From assembly GCA_963717185.1 (NCBI GenBank), contig CAVQVY010000038.1, positions 103,798 to 167,797 of the forward strand: a DNA stretch of 64,000 nt. Direction: 5' to 3'. The notes beneath the pieces were generated by a model. It saw nothing but the letters and a program-made list of their open reading frames with translations. It ran no database searches and was not told where the DNA came from. The position numbers and the translations under genes are program-made. Of this stretch, positions 10,132-22,333 are shown in pieces. The DNA comes from Candidatus Dormiibacterota bacterium. Its GTDB lineage: Bacteria > Chloroflexota > Dormibacteria > Aeolococcales > Aeolococcaceae. The first letter of the stretch is position 1. Every line of letters begins with the position of its first letter.

Positions 10132-12820
10132 TCAGAGCAGACGCGGCTCGAGGCCCTCGGTGCGGATCTGGTACTGCTCGAGAGCCGCGGTCACCACGTG
10201 CCGCGGCACGCGCTCCTCATCCGCCAGCGCGTCCAGGGCGGCCACGGTGATGTTGGCCGCATCCACCTCGAAATGGCTGCGCAGCGCGGCCCGTGTGTCG
10301 CTTCGCCCGTAGCCGTCGGTGCCGAGCGGGATGAATCGCTGCGGCACGAACCGGGCCACCTGCTCGGCCACGGTCTTCTGGTAGTCGCTGACCGCGACCA
10401 CGGGGCCCTGGACGTCGCGCAGCTGCTCCTCGAGGTACGAGGTGCGCTGCGGTCCGTCGGGGTGCAGACGGTTCCAGCGCTCCACCGCCAGCGCGTCGTT
10501 GCGCAGCGCCAGGTAGCTGGGGACGCTCCAGAGGTGGGCGGCGACGTCGTGCTCGAGCAACATGCGCTGTGCCTCCAGCGCCGCCTGCATCGCGGTGCCG
10601 CTGGCGAAGATCTGGATGGTGTGTGGCCTGCTCCTCCGGGGCGGCCTGGAAACGGTACAGGCCATGCACGATGCCGTCCTCGACGCCGTCGGGCATCGCG
10701 GGCATCGGGTAGTTCTCGTTGTAGAGGGTCAGGTAGTAGAAGACGTCCTCGCCCGCTCGTACATGCGGCGCATGCCGTCGCGCACGATCACCGCCACCTC
10801 GTACGCGAACGCCGGGTCGTACACCTCGCAGTTGGGGACCGCGGAGAACAGCAGTGGTGAGTGGCCGTCCTGGTGCTGGAGGCCCTCGCCGTTGAGCGTG
10901 GTGCGCCCCGCGGTCCCGCCCAGCATGAAGCCTCGCCCGCGTGCGTCTCCGAATGCCCAGACCAGGTCGCCGACGCGCTGGAAGCCGAACATGGAGTAGT
11001 AGATGTAGAAGGGGATCATCGGCTCGCCGTGGGTGGCGTACGACGGTGCCGGCGGCGGTGAAGGTGCCCATCGCACCGGCCTCGGTGATGCCCTCCTCGA
11101 GCAGCTGGCCGTCGCGCGCCTCCTGGTAGCTGAGCACCATGTTGGCGTCGACGGGCTCGTAGCGCTGGCCGAACGGCGCGTAGATCTTGACCTCGCGGAA
11201 GAGTGCGTCCATACCGAAGGTGCGGGCCTCGTCGGGGATGATCGGCACGATCCGGCTGCCCGACCTCGGGGTCGCGGAGCAGGTTGCGAAGGATGGCTCC
11301 GAACGCCGCGGTGGTCGACGCCGGCCGGCCGGCGCTTCCCTTGACAGACTCCGGCCGACACCGAGTCGCCGGGGACGGTGAGCGAGCCGGGTGCGCACCA
11401 CCCGCTTGGGAAGTGGTCCGCCGAGCGCGAGCCGGCGGCTCATCAGGTAGTCGATCTCCTCGGACCGACTACCGGGGTGGTAGTAGGGTGCGATGCCCTC
11501 GTCGAGCTGCTTGTCGCTGATGGGCAGCTGCAGCTTGTCGCGGAAGGCCTTCGAGCTCGGTGTCGCCGATCTTCTTGATCTGGTGGGTGGCGTTGCGGCC
11601 TTCGAAGAGCGAGCCCAGCGTCCAGCCCTTGACGGTGTGCGCCAGGATCGCCGTGGGCGCGCCCTTCTGCTCCAGCGCAAGTCGGTAGCGCGCTGTAGAG
11701 CTTGCGGTAGTCGTGGCCACCGCGACGGAGATGGCGGAGGTCATCGTCACTGAGGTGCTCGACGAGCCGGCGCAGACGGGGGTCGGGGCCGAAGAAGTTG
11801 CTCGCGGATGTACGCGCCGGTCTCGGTCGAGTACTTCTGGAACTGACCGTCGTTGGTGGTGTTCATCTTGTCGACGAGCACCCCGTCGACGTCGCGGGCC
11901 AGCAGCGGGTCCCACTCCCTGCGCCCAGATCACCTTGACCACGTTCCAGCCGGCGCCGCGGAACACCGACTCCAGCTCCTGGATGATCTTGCTGTTGCCG
12001 CGCACCGGACCGTCGAGTCGCTGGAGGTTGCAGCTGATCACGAACACGAGGTTGTCGAGCTGCTCTCGCGCCGCCAGTGACAGCGCCGCGGTCGGCCTCC
12101 GGCTCGTCCATCTCACCGTCACCGAGGAACGCCCAGACGCGCAACTCGCTGGTGTCGGCGATCTTGCGCTGGTAGAGGTAGCGGTTGAAGCGGGCCTGGT
12201 AGATGGCGTTGAGCGGGCCGAGACCCATCGACACCGTCGGGAACTCCCAGAAGTCCGGCATCAGGCGCGGGTGCGGGTAGGAGCTGAGGCCCTTGCCGCC
12301 GACTCTCGTGGCGGAAGTTGTCGAGGTGCTCCTCGGTGAGCCTGCCCTCGAGGAAGGCGCGCGAGTACATGCCCGGCGCCGCGTGCCCCTGGTAGTAGAT
12401 CTGGTCACCGGAGCGGCCGTCGTCCTTGCCACGGAAGAAGTGGTTGAACCCGACCTCGTACAGCGACGCCGACGACGCGTACGTGCTGAGGTGTCCGCCG
12501 ATGCCGTCGCTGCGCTTGTTGGCGCGGGTCACCATCACCGCGGCGTTCCATCGGACGATGCGGCGGATCCGGCGCTCCATCTCCTCGTCGCCGGGAAACC
12601 ACGGTTCCTCCTCGGGCGGGATGGTGTTGATGTAGGGCGTCGAGACCATCGCGGGAACGCCGACGTTGAGACTGCGCGCGCGCTCGGCCAGCTTGCCGAT
12701 CACGAAGCGGGCGCGCGACACCCCCTCGGTGGCGACCAGCGTGTCGAGCAACTCCAGCCACTCCTCGGTCTCGGCCGGGTCGCTGTCGGGCAGCTGCTGC
12801 AGGAAGGCGTCGAAGGTCAT
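10132..12820 (-). pseudogene. aceE: pyruvate dehydrogenase E1 component (AceE), reading frame interrupted at least 5 times in this sequence
   Basis: AceE homology is continuous across ORFs 12119-12820, 11863-12432, 11469-12122, 10217-11680, 10729-11361 and 10132-10665, each in a different frame ([24 protein letters not shown]...; [23 protein letters not shown]; [15 protein letters not shown]; [31 protein letters not shown]; C-terminal ...ALEQYQIRTEGLEPRLL). Total span of about 896 codons matches full-length E1. Confidence 0.8.
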
Positions 12821-12868
12821 GTCACCTGTCCGTTGGATTGGTGCGGCGTCGACCCCCAGAGTAACTCC

Positions 12869-15436
12869 CTATGTTCGCGCGCCCACCTCGGCTTCAGACG
12901 CGTGGTCCGCGGCCTGGGCGCGCTGCAGGCGGAGGGTCTGGTCACAACTCTCGACGACCAGGCGGCGCCCCAACTCCTTCAGCTCCCCGCCCTCGAGCAG
13001 GCGGTCGGCGGCAGCGACCACGCCATCGTCGACGCGGTAGGCGGGGTACATCCCCGCGGTGAAGAACTCGGCCTCCTCCGCGGTGCGCTCACGCCAGTAG
13101 TGCGGCACCATCTCCACCCAGCGATCCAGGAACGGGGCGAACAGGTCCTGCTGGTCGCGCTCCTGGAGGCCTCGGATGAGCGCCTTCTGCATCGCCAGGG
13201 GCGTCTCGGGGTCGATGAGCCGCTCCCACGCCGCCTCTTTGGCGGCGGGCTCCGGGCGAGCCGCGGACGCCGCAGCCGCCTTGCGCAGCCCGACGTCGGT
13301 CCTGTCGCGCGCCAACTCGTCCGTGATCGCGGCCTCGTCGAGCCGGCCTGCCGCGGCCAGGCGGCGGATGAGGAACCAGCGCAGGTCCTGGTCCACGACC
13401 ATGCCCGGCGGAAGGTTCCGTCCCTCGAGCAGCCCGGCGGCCACGTCCAGCTGGGCGTCGCTGTCCGAGGTTGTCACTGTGGCGCGCAGTGCGGTCAGCT
13501 GGTGCGGGGTGCCCGGCGACGACTTCTGAAGGATGCGCTGGCTGGTCTCGTGCAGGAGAGCGCGCAGCGCGGGCCGGTTGCTGGGGTGGCTGTACAGCTC
13601 GACGGCGCCGATGGCCTGGCCGAGGATGTCGTCGACGATCGTGGGCACCGGCTCGTTGGGGGCATGACGCGCGACCAGGTCGATGTAGCGACTGGCCGGC
13701 AGCTCACCGTCGCGGGTCATGTCCCACACCGCCGCCCAGATCAGCGAGCGGGCGAGCGCGTCGTCGAGCTCGCTGAGATGGTCGATGACGGTCTGAAGTG
13801 GACACGTCGTCGAGCCGGATCTTGGCGAAGGTGAGGTCGCCGTCGTTGAGCAGCAGGAGTGCCGGACGGGCGCGGCGGCGGAGCGCCTCGAGCTCGGTGC
13901 GCTCTCCCGACACGTCGAGCTCGAGCCGTTCGGTGCGCACCAACCGCCCGTTGTCGTCGAGGTCGTACAGGCCGACGCCGACGCGGTGCGAGCGTAGCGT
14001 GGGGAACCTGCTGTTGGCCGCGGACTGCACGATGGTGCAGCTGTCGATCATCCCGTCGTCGGTGGTCTCCACCACTGCGTGGAGCACGTTCATGCCCGCT
14101 GTCTGGAGCCATTCACGGGTCCAGGCTGCGAGGTCGCGGCCGGAGTGGCGCTCCAGCGGCGCCAGGAAGTCGCGCAGCGAGGCGTTGGCCCACTGGTGCT
14201 CCTTGAAGTAGTCGCGCACACCACCGAAGAAGGCGTCCTCGCCGACCCAGGCGACCAGCTGGCGCAGCACGGACGCGCCTTTCGCGTAGCTGATGCCGTC
14301 GAAGTTGAGCCGGCCGGTGCTGACGTCGGGGACGTCGGCGGCGATCGGGTGGGTGGTGGGCAGCTGGTCCTGGCGGGCCGCCCACGACTTGTCGCCGTTG
14401 GCGAAGTCCACCCAGGCGCTCGTGTACCTGGTGGCCTCCGACTGGGCATCGTTGCCCATGTACGTGGCGAAGCTCTCGTTGAGCCAGAGGTCGTCCCACC
14501 AGCGCATGGTCACCAGGTCGCCGAACCACATGTGCGCCATCTCGTGGAGGATCGTGCCCGGCCCGCCACGCCAGCACGGTCGCGGGCACCGGGCCGCGGT
14601 AGATGGTGCTCTCCTCGTTGAAGGTGACGCACGCGACGTTCTCCATCGCGCCGGCGTTGAACTCGGGCACGAAGAGCTGGTCGTACTTGTTGCCGAACGG
14701 GTACGCATCTTGAACCGCTTCGCGAAGTGGGTCAGCCCCTGTTTGGTGATCTCGAAGATCTCGGCGTCGTCGAGGTAGCGGCGCAGCGACTGACGGCAGT
14801 AGAGGTTGAGCTCCACGCCCTCGTGCGTGTCGGTGACGCGCGCGTACGGGCCGGCCACCACCGCGACGAGGTAGCTCGACATCACCGGCGACTCCTCGAA
14901 CACCGTGGTGGTCGACCCGTCCGCATCCTCGGTGCGTGCCACGGGCGCGTTGCTGACCACCGTCCATTCCGACGGCGCCGTGACCTCGCAGCGTGAACGG
15001 GCCTTGAGATCAGGCTGGTCGAAGCAGGCGAAGACGCGATGAGCCTCGAAGGGCTCGCACTGGGTGTAGAGGTAGACCTTGCCGTCAGCGGGGTCGACGA
15101 CGCGGTGCAGTCCCATGCCGGTGTGGGAGTAGCGGCAGTCGGCGACCACGCGCAGCGTGTTGGCCGCGGCCAGGCCCGCCGAGGGCGATCCGGTTCTCAG
15201 AGAACGCCGCGACGTCGACGTCCCTGCCGTTGAGCACGATCTCGCGGACCGCCGCGGCCTCCAGGTTGATGAACGTGGAGGCGCCGTCCTGCGCGGCGAA
15301 GGTCGAGCTCGACCGCGCTGCGGAAGTTGTGCGCATCGGCCCCGCTGGTGAGGTCGAGCTGGATGTCGTAGTGGAGGCCGGAGATCAGGCTGACCCGCTC
15401 CTCGGCCTCGGAGCGCAGAAGATCGTCAGGAGTCAC
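12869..15436 (-). pseudogene. pepN: aminopeptidase N (M1 family), frame interrupted at least 3 times
   Basis: The N-terminus MTPDDLLRSEAEERVSLISGLHYDIQLDL is in ORF 15197-15436. The core with [27 protein letters not shown] zinc site is in 13704-15149, with the 14113-14967 frame alternating. The ERAP1_C-like C-terminal domain is in 12869-13729. Confidence 0.8.
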
Positions 15437-15440
15437 CGCC

Positions 15441-16640
15441 CTAGCCTATCGTCCCTGCGCGCCGCCTCTGCCGCGATCTCAACCGGCCCGTTGCAACGCC
15501 TGGTCCAGGTCGGCGAGCAGGTCCTCGAGGTCCTCGATCCCGACGGAGAGCCGGAGCAGCCCGTCCCCGAGGCCGATCCGGTGCCGCTCGTCGGTGGGCA
15601 CCGAGGTGTGGGTCATCAGCCCGGGGTGCTCGGCGAGCGATTCCACCGCTCCGAGCAACTCCGCGAGCGTGAACAGGCCTGAGCCCCTCGAGCACCCGGA
15701 CCGCCGCGGCCTGGTCGGCGAGCTCGAACGACACCATGCCGCCGAACACTCCGCTCATCTGGCGCAGCGCCAGCTCGTGCTGCGGGTGCGACTCCAGGCC
15801 CGGGATAATGCACAGCGCGCACCGCTGCGTGGCCCTCGAGGTGACGTGCGACTGCGAGGGCGTTGTCACTGTGGCGCTGCACGCGCAGCGCAAGCGTCTT
15901 GAGCCCGCGGAGCAACAGCCAGCAGTCGAACGGCGACGGCACGCCGCCGGCGGCGTTCTGGTGGAAACGCAGCCGTTCCGCGATGTCGTCGTCGCTGGTG
16001 ACCAGGCAGCCGCCGAGCACGTCGCTGTGGCCGCCGAGGTACTTGGTCGAGCTGTGCATGACGATGTCGGCGCCGAGCTCCAGCGGGCGCTGCAGGTACG
16101 GCGTCGCGAACGTGCTGTCGACCGCCAGGCCGGCGCCGTGGCGGTGGGAGGCGTCGGCGGCGGCGGCGATGTCGACGATGCGCAGCAGCGGGTTCGTCGG
16201 GGTCTCGATCCACACCAGCCGGGTGCGTTCTGTCATGGCCGCCTCGACGGCGCCGGGCAGAGTGGCGTCCACCGCGCTGAAGGTGACGCCCGTAGCGGCG
16301 CCATCACCTTGTCGAAGAGCCGGTACGTGCCGCCGTACGCGTCCTGCATGTAGACGACGTGGTCGCCCGGGTCGAGCAGCAGCATCGCGGTGGTCGTCGC
16401 CGCCAGGCCCGACGCGAACGCGAGGCCGTGCCGGCCCCCTTCGAGGGATGCGAGGCAGGTCTCCAGCTGCTCACGCGTGGGGTTGTTGCTGCGCGTGTAC
16501 TCGTAGCCGCCGTGGCGCCCGATGCCCTCCTGGGCGAAGGTCGTGGCCAGGTGGATCGGCTGGACCACCGCCCCGGTGGCCGGGTCCGGCCCCTGGCCGA
16601 CGTGGATGGCCCGCGTCGCGAAGCCGGGCCGCCGCGTCTC
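15441..16640 (-). pseudogene. Cys/Met-metabolism PLP enzyme (cystathionine gamma-synthase/gamma-lyase family, MetB/MetC-like), frame interrupted at least twice; start uncertain
   Basis: TRAIHVGQGPDPATGAVVQPIHLATTF lies upstream of ORF 16233-16568. The PLP-Lys region DIVMHSSTKYLGGHSDVLGG is in 15616-16272. The C-terminus is in 15441-15893. Confidence 0.7.
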
Positions 16641-16645
16641 CAGTC

Positions 16646-18014
16646 TCAGCGATGGTGGGCGACGTACTCGAGGAGGTCGGCACGGGTGATCACTCCCACC
16701 GGCCGATCGGCATCGATGATGGTGACCGCGGCCTCGCCGGACAGGAGTGGTGCGAACGCCTCATCGAGAGGCGCGTCTGCAGCGACCGACGTGAAGGGCG
16801 GATCCATGGCCGCCGAGACTGTCGCGGTCACCACTGCCGGGTCGCGGTAGACCCGGTCGAGCAGGGTGCGCTCGGCGATGCTGCCGACCACGGTGCGGTC
16901 GCCGTCGGTGCCCTCCACCACCGGCAGCTGGGAGATGTTGTAGCGCTGCATGAGGTCGATTGCCTCACCGACGGACTTCCCGGCCTCGACCGCAACCAAC
17001 GACGGGACCCTGCCGTCGGCTGCGTGCGTGGCCAGCACCTCGCGCACCCGCGCCGGTCCGAGGCGGTCGAGGAAGCCGTTCTGGCGCATCCACTCATCGG
17101 AGAAGAACTTGGTGAGGTAGTTGCGCCCGGTGTCGGGGAGCAGCACCACGATCACCCCGTCGGGGTCGGTGTCGGCCGCCACCACGAGCGCGGCGTGCAG
17201 CGCCATCCCCGCCGAACCGCCCACCAGGATGCCCTCCTCCCTGGCGAGCCGGCGCGCCGCCACGAATGCCTCGCGGTCCGTGACCTGGATGATCCGGTCG
17301 ACGATGGCGGGGTCGAACGTGCCCGGCCAGAAGTCCTCGCCGACACCTTCGATCTTGTAGGGGGCGATCGGCCCGGAGAAGATCGAGCCCTCGGGGTCGG
17401 CGCCGACCACCTGGACGGCAGGGTTCTGTTCCTTGAGGTACCGGCCGGTGCCACTGATGGTCCCGCCCGTGCCCACGCCGGCGACGAAGACGGTGATGCG
17501 CCCCTCCGTCTGGCGCCACAGCTCGGGACCGGTGGTCTGGTAGTGCGCCTGTGGGTTCTTGGCGTTGAAGTACTGGTTGGGCTGGAACGCGCCGGGGATC
17601 TCGCGAGAGAGACGGTCGGCCACCGAGTAGTACGACTGCGGCGACTCGCGGTCGACGTTGGTCGGGCACACCACGACGTCCGCGCCATATGCCTTGAGCA
17701 GGCTGATCTTCTCGGCCGACATCTTGTCGGGCATGACGAAGATCATCTTGTAGCCCTTGATCGCGGCCACCATGGCAAGGCCATGCCCGGTGTTGCCGGA
17801 GGTGGGTTCGACGATGGTCCCGCCCGAACGCAAGCTGGCCGCTGCGCTCAGCCTCCTCGACCATCCCCATGGCGATGCGGTCCTTGACGCTGCCGCCGGG
17901 GTTGAGCTGCTCGAGCTTGGCCAGCACGGTGGCGCCCACTCCGCGGGTCAGAGCGCGAAGCCGCACCAGGGGCGTGTTGCCCACCAGGTCGAGGATGCTC
18001 TCCGAGTACTCCAC
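16646..18014 (-). CDS. cbs: cystathionine beta-synthase with C-terminal CBS-pair domain (one frame change near 17820)
   Basis: N-terminus MEYSESILDLVGNTPLVRLRAL...LNPGGSVKDR is in ORF 17094-18014. The rest (GGTIVEPTSGNTGHGLA...CBS pair...LLEYVAHHR) is in 16646-17833. The junction looks like a 1-nt loss in a gcgcg run. Confidence 0.75.
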
Positions 18015-18053
18015 CGCCGCGATTCTAGGCGTGTCACGTGCCGCCGCCGGCGC

Positions 18054-20240
18054 TCACTCGGAGGTTGCGCCTGCGGGGAGGAGGTAGGCGCTGTCGATGT
18101 AGTCGTGCACCATCCGCGTCGCCGAGAAGCGCGGGCCGTTGGTGCGCAGCGATCGCTTGATGCGGCGCACCCATTCGTGCGGCACACCGTCGCTGTCACG
18201 CGGTGTAGAAGAGCGGGGCGACCTCATGCTCGAGGAGGTCGTACAGGGCAGCCGCGTCGCGCGTGTCCTGCACGCTGGGGTCGTAGACCGCGTCACCGGG
18301 GATCGCCCAGCCGTTGGCGCCGTCGTACGCCTCGGCCCACCAGCCGTCGAGAACCGAGAGGTTGAGGCCGCCGTTCAGCACCGACTTCATCCCACTGGTT
18401 CCGCTCGCCTCCAGCGGCGGGCGCGGCAGGTTCACCCAGAGGTCGCAGCCGGCCACGAGGTGTGACGCGATGGCGAGGTCGTAGTTGTCGAGGAAGGCGA
18501 CCCTCTCAGCGGCGTGAGCGAGCTCCTTGAAGGTGAACACCCCCTGCGCAGAGCGCTTGCCCTCCTCGTCGTTGGGATGTGCCTTGCCGGCCAGGATCAG
18601 CTGCATGGGCCGGTCGACGTTGGAGATCAGCTCGGCGACGCGGTGCGGCTCCAGGGTGAGCAGGTAGAGGCGCTTGTAGGTGGCCAGGCGGCGGGCGAAC
18701 CCGAGGGTCAGCGAGTTGGCGCTGAACCCGCGCTCGGCGGCGGCCACCATCTCGCGGTCCTCGCTGCGGGCCAGCCTGGTGGCAACGCTGCGGTCGCGCA
18801 CGTACTCGACGAACTCTCCACGCAGACGGCAGCGCAGCGCCCACAGCTCGGCGTCGGGGATGTCGTCCACAGGCGCCCACGTCTGCGGGTCGTCCGCGCG
18901 GGTCTCCAGCCGTCCTCGAGGTGGCGGTCGAGCAGCGCGCGCATCGGTGGCGCCATCCACGTGGGCAGGTGAACGCCGTTGGTGACGTGTCCGATCGGCA
19001 CGGTGTCGACAGGCCGCTCCGGGAACAGCGGCTGCCACATCTGCCGGGCCACCTCGCCGTGGCGGCGGCTCACCCCGTTGGCCGAGCGGCTCATCTTGAT
19101 CCCGAGCGGGGTCATCACGAACGACTCGTGCGGGTTCTCCGGGCGGGTGCGGCCCAGCTGGAGGAAGCTCTCGAAGTCCATGCCGATCTCGGCAGGAAAG
19201 TCGCCCATCACCTCGGCGATCTCGGCGACGTCATAGCCCTCGTTGCCCGCCGCCACCGGCGTGTGGGTGGTGAACACGGTGCGCTCGCGCGCGGCGGCGA
19301 AGGCGGTGTGGCGGTCGGCGCCGGCAGCGATGTCGCGGCGCGCCAGCTCGAGCGGCGCCAGCGCGGCGTGGCCCTCGTTGAGGTGGACGGTCGCCGGGTC
19401 CATGCCCATCGCGTCGAGCACCCGCATCGAGCCGATGCCGAGCAGCGCGTACTGCGCCAGCCTGATCTCCCGGTCACTCTCGTACAGCCGCGCGGTCACC
19501 CAGCGATCGGTCCGTGAGTTCTCGCGCCGGTCGGCGTCGAGGAGGAAGAGCGGGACGCGGCCGACCTGCACCCGCCAGACCTGCACCACCAGCTGGCGGC
19601 CGCGCAGGGGGACGCTCACGGTCAGCGGCTCGCCCGACGCGTTGCGGACAAGAGCGGCAGGAACACGATCGGGGTCCAGCGGGATCCAGTACTCGTGTTG
19701 GTAGCCGGTGCGGTCCATGCGCTGCAGGAAGTAGCCCTGGCGGTAGAGCAGCCCGACTGCGACCATCGGCACCGCCAGGTCGCTGGCCTCCTTGAGGATG
19801 TCGCCGGCGAGGACGCCGAGCCCGCCGGCGTAGATGGGCAGCGACGTGTGTACCGCGAACTCCGCACAGAGGAATGCGACGGGGTGCGCGGCGGAGGCGC
19901 GCCCCGGCATCGGCGGGCGCGCGCGGTCGGCCTCGATGGTGGCCAGGATCGCATCGGCCTGGCTCATGAGCTGCGCGTCAGAGGCGACTTGCTCGAGGGT
20001 CGCGGCCGACGACTCGAGCAGCAGCCGGACGGGGTTGCAGTTGCTGCGGTCCCAGCGCAGGGGATCGATGGCGGCGAAGAGCTCGCTGCCGCCGGGCGTC
20101 CAGGACCACAGGTAGTTGTAGGCGATGCGCGCGTATGCGGCCATCGGCTGGGGCAGCCGCGCCGCCAGGTCCTCGGCGGCACGCACCAGGTCGTAGCTGC
20201 CGTCGATCAGGCCGGGCGCCTCAGCGGCGGTCTCGGTCAT
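18054..20240 (-). CDS. glgP: alpha-glucan (glycogen/maltodextrin) phosphorylase, GlgP family (2 frame changes)
   Basis: The 510-aa ORF 18708-20240 covers the N-terminus and core (EFAVHTSLPIYAGGLGVLAGD; HLNEGHAALAPLE). C-terminal pieces are in 18196-19038 (NLPRPPLEASGTSGMKSVLNG, the PLP-Lys region) and 18054-18296. Confidence 0.75.
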
Positions 20241-20271
20241 AGAGGCGCGATGGTACGCAGGGCGTCGTCGG

Positions 20272-20967
20272 TCAGGCGGGGCTCAGCGTCGCGGTGATCG
20301 CATGCACACCCGCCACCGGGCCGCCGGCGTGGCCGAACACCGCCGTGCCCGCCACCAGGACGGTTGCGCCCGCCGCGGCGCAGGCGGCGGCATTGGCGGC
20401 GTCGACGCCCCCGTCCACCTCGAGCTCGGTGAGCAGCCCCCGGCGGTCGATCTCGCCGCGAAGCTCGGCGACCTTGTCCAGGGTATGGGGGATGAGCCGC
20501 TGGCCGCCGAACCCGGGGTTGATGGTCATCACCAGGGCGAGGTCGCAGATCTCCAGCACGTCGTGCAGCGCGCTCACCGGGGTGCTGGGGTTGATCGCCG
20601 CGCCGGCCCGGCAGTCCAGGGCGCGGATCGCCGACAGCGTCCGATGGAGGTGCGGCGACACCTCCTGGTGCACGGTGATCCCGTCGGCGCCCGCGGTCGC
20701 GAACGTCTCGAGGTGTCGCTCGGGCTCGCGCACCATCAGGTGCAGCTCGAGCGGCAGCGCCGTCTCGCGCCGCAGGGCGCGGACCGTGTCGGTGCCGAAC
20801 GTGAAGTTGGGCACGAAGCTGCCGTCCATGACGTCGATGTGGAGGCGGTTCACCCCACTCCCTTCAAGCGCGTGAACCGCGTCAGCGAGGTGGCCGAAGT
20901 CGGCCGCGAGCAGGCTGGGGGCGATGCACACGGCGTCTGCGCAGGCCTGCCAGGTCGTGCGGGGCAC
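20272..20967 (-). CDS. rpe: ribulose-phosphate 3-epimerase
   Basis: IAPSLLAADFGHLADAV...HIDVMDGSFVPNFTFG...GGVD. The true start may be an internal GTG a few codons downstream of the first Met. Confidence 0.8.
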   Translation of the reverse strand: MPRTTWQACADAVCIAPSLLAADFGHLADAVHALEGSGVNRLHIDVMDGSFVPNFTFGTDTVRALRRETALPLELHLMVREPERHLETFATAGADGITVHQEVSPHLHRTLSAIRALDCRAGAAINPSTPVSALHDVLEICDLALVMTINPGFGGQRLIPHTLDKVAELRGEIDRRGLLTELEVDGGVDAANAAACAAAGATVLVAGTAVFGHAGGPVAGVHAITATLSPA

Positions 20968-21040
20968 GGTTGCAGCCTACCGGATGCACGTCGCCTACAC
21001 CGTGCCGAGCCACGTTCGGAGCATGGCGAATCCCCGGAAT

Positions 21041-21056
21041 ACCGATGTGTATCGGT
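21041..21056. promoter_or_regulatory. perfect palindrome ACCGAT-GTGT-ATCGGT in the AT-richer rpe / histidine-kinase divergent region (candidate operator)
   Basis: The 160-bp intergenic region 20968-21092 is locally AT-rich (gcataaagttagtgtcgtaatggtg), which is unusual for this window. The palindrome lies about 40 bp upstream of the kinase start. Confidence 0.25.
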
Positions 21057-21092
21057 CCAGTCGCATAAAGTTAGTGTCGTAATGGTGGGAAG

Positions 21093-22326
21093 GTGAACTC
21101 GCGCGCCCCAGCCGGGCTTGATGTTGAGCGAGCGCTCGGCGGCGCCGTCACGGAGGTCGCCGCCGCCCTGCGTGCGGAGCCGCGCCCGAGGGACGGTGGC
21201 GACTCGCTGGCCGCGACGCTCGCGGAGCACGCGCTGACGGACTCCATCCGCGGCTGTGCCGTCTGCGTCATCGACGGCGCCGCCGCGGTGCGGGTCGCCG
21301 GTCTCGCGGGCAGCACCGGGGAAGTGACCGAGGGGTCGGTCTGGGAACTGGCCGCCTCCCGTGTCGGAGGCTCTGGCGGGAAGCCAGGCGATGCTCCAGG
21401 TGGAGCCCTCGGCCAGCGCCCTCGGGCAGGCGCTGGGCGTCTCGGAGAGCGGTCAGCTCATCGGTGCCCCGTTGCGCGTCGTCGAGGACGACAGCGGTGG
21501 CTCGACGGCGGTGGGCGCGCTGCTCCTGGTGCGCGACCGGCCGGCCCCGCTGGCCGACGACGAGAGCGCCTTCTTCGAGGACTACACGTCCCTTGCCGCC
21601 CTGGCGCTGCGGACGTCGCAGCAGTCAGGCGCGCAGGCAGCCTCCCAGATGCTGTCGTTCCTCAACCTGGTGGTCCACGACCTCCGTGCCCCGCTGACCG
21701 TGCTGTCCGGGTACATCGACCTGCTCCGTGCCGGCACCTTCGGCGAGGCGCCCCCCGCCTGGGAGAAGCCGCTGGAGATGATCGCCGGCAAGCTCAGCGA
21801 GACCCACCGGCTCGTCGACGACATCCTGCTCGCCGCTCGCCTCGAGAGCGGCACCGTGCCGGCGAGCATCGAGACGCTCGACCTCAACGACGTCATCTCT
21901 CGCGCCACGACGCGCAGCGAGGCGCGCGCAGGGCTCACCGGGGCCAGGATCGAGACCCTCAGACACCCGGCCGTGGTGACCGCGTCGGCTGATCGATTCC
22001 AGGTGGACCGCATCGTCGACAACCTGATCAACAACGCCATCAACTATGGCGGCCCGTCGCCGTGGATCCGGCTGTCAGTCGATGACGCGCAACCGCCTGC
22101 CATCCGGGTCGAGGACCACGGCGTCGGCATCAGCCCGGAGCTCCACGCGCGTATCTTCGACCGCTTCTTCCGTGTCGACAACCGCGTGCCGGGGACCGGC
22201 TTCGGACTCCACGTCGGCCGCGTGCTCGCCGAGGCGTGCGGGGGATCGCTGCGTGTCGAGCGCAGCGTCCCGGGCGAGGGCAGCCTCTTCCGCCTGGAGC
22301 TGCCGTCCGCGATCGCTCAGAACTGA
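21093..22326 (+). CDS. cytoplasmic GAF-domain sensor histidine kinase (one frame change near 21350)
   Basis: GAF-like N-terminus in ORF 21093-21992 (CAVCVIDGAAAVRVAGLAG). HisKA with H-box SFLNLVVHDLRAPLTVLSGYIDLL and the HATPase_c domain (N, G1, G2 boxes: DNLINNAINYG, EDHGVGISPE, GTGFGLHV) in ORF 21361-22326. No TM segment and no adjacent response regulator. Confidence 0.7.
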
Positions 22327-22333
22327 CGCGAGC

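Noticed and set aside
12293-13834. 513-aa plus-strand ORF over the aceE / pepN junction
   Set aside because: It is antisense to both genes, has no homology signal and is Arg/Gly-rich.
15863-17887. 674-aa plus-strand ORF over the metB-like and cbs genes
   Set aside because: It is antisense to genes with clear PLP-enzyme homology and has Ser/Arg/Ala/Pro-biased composition.
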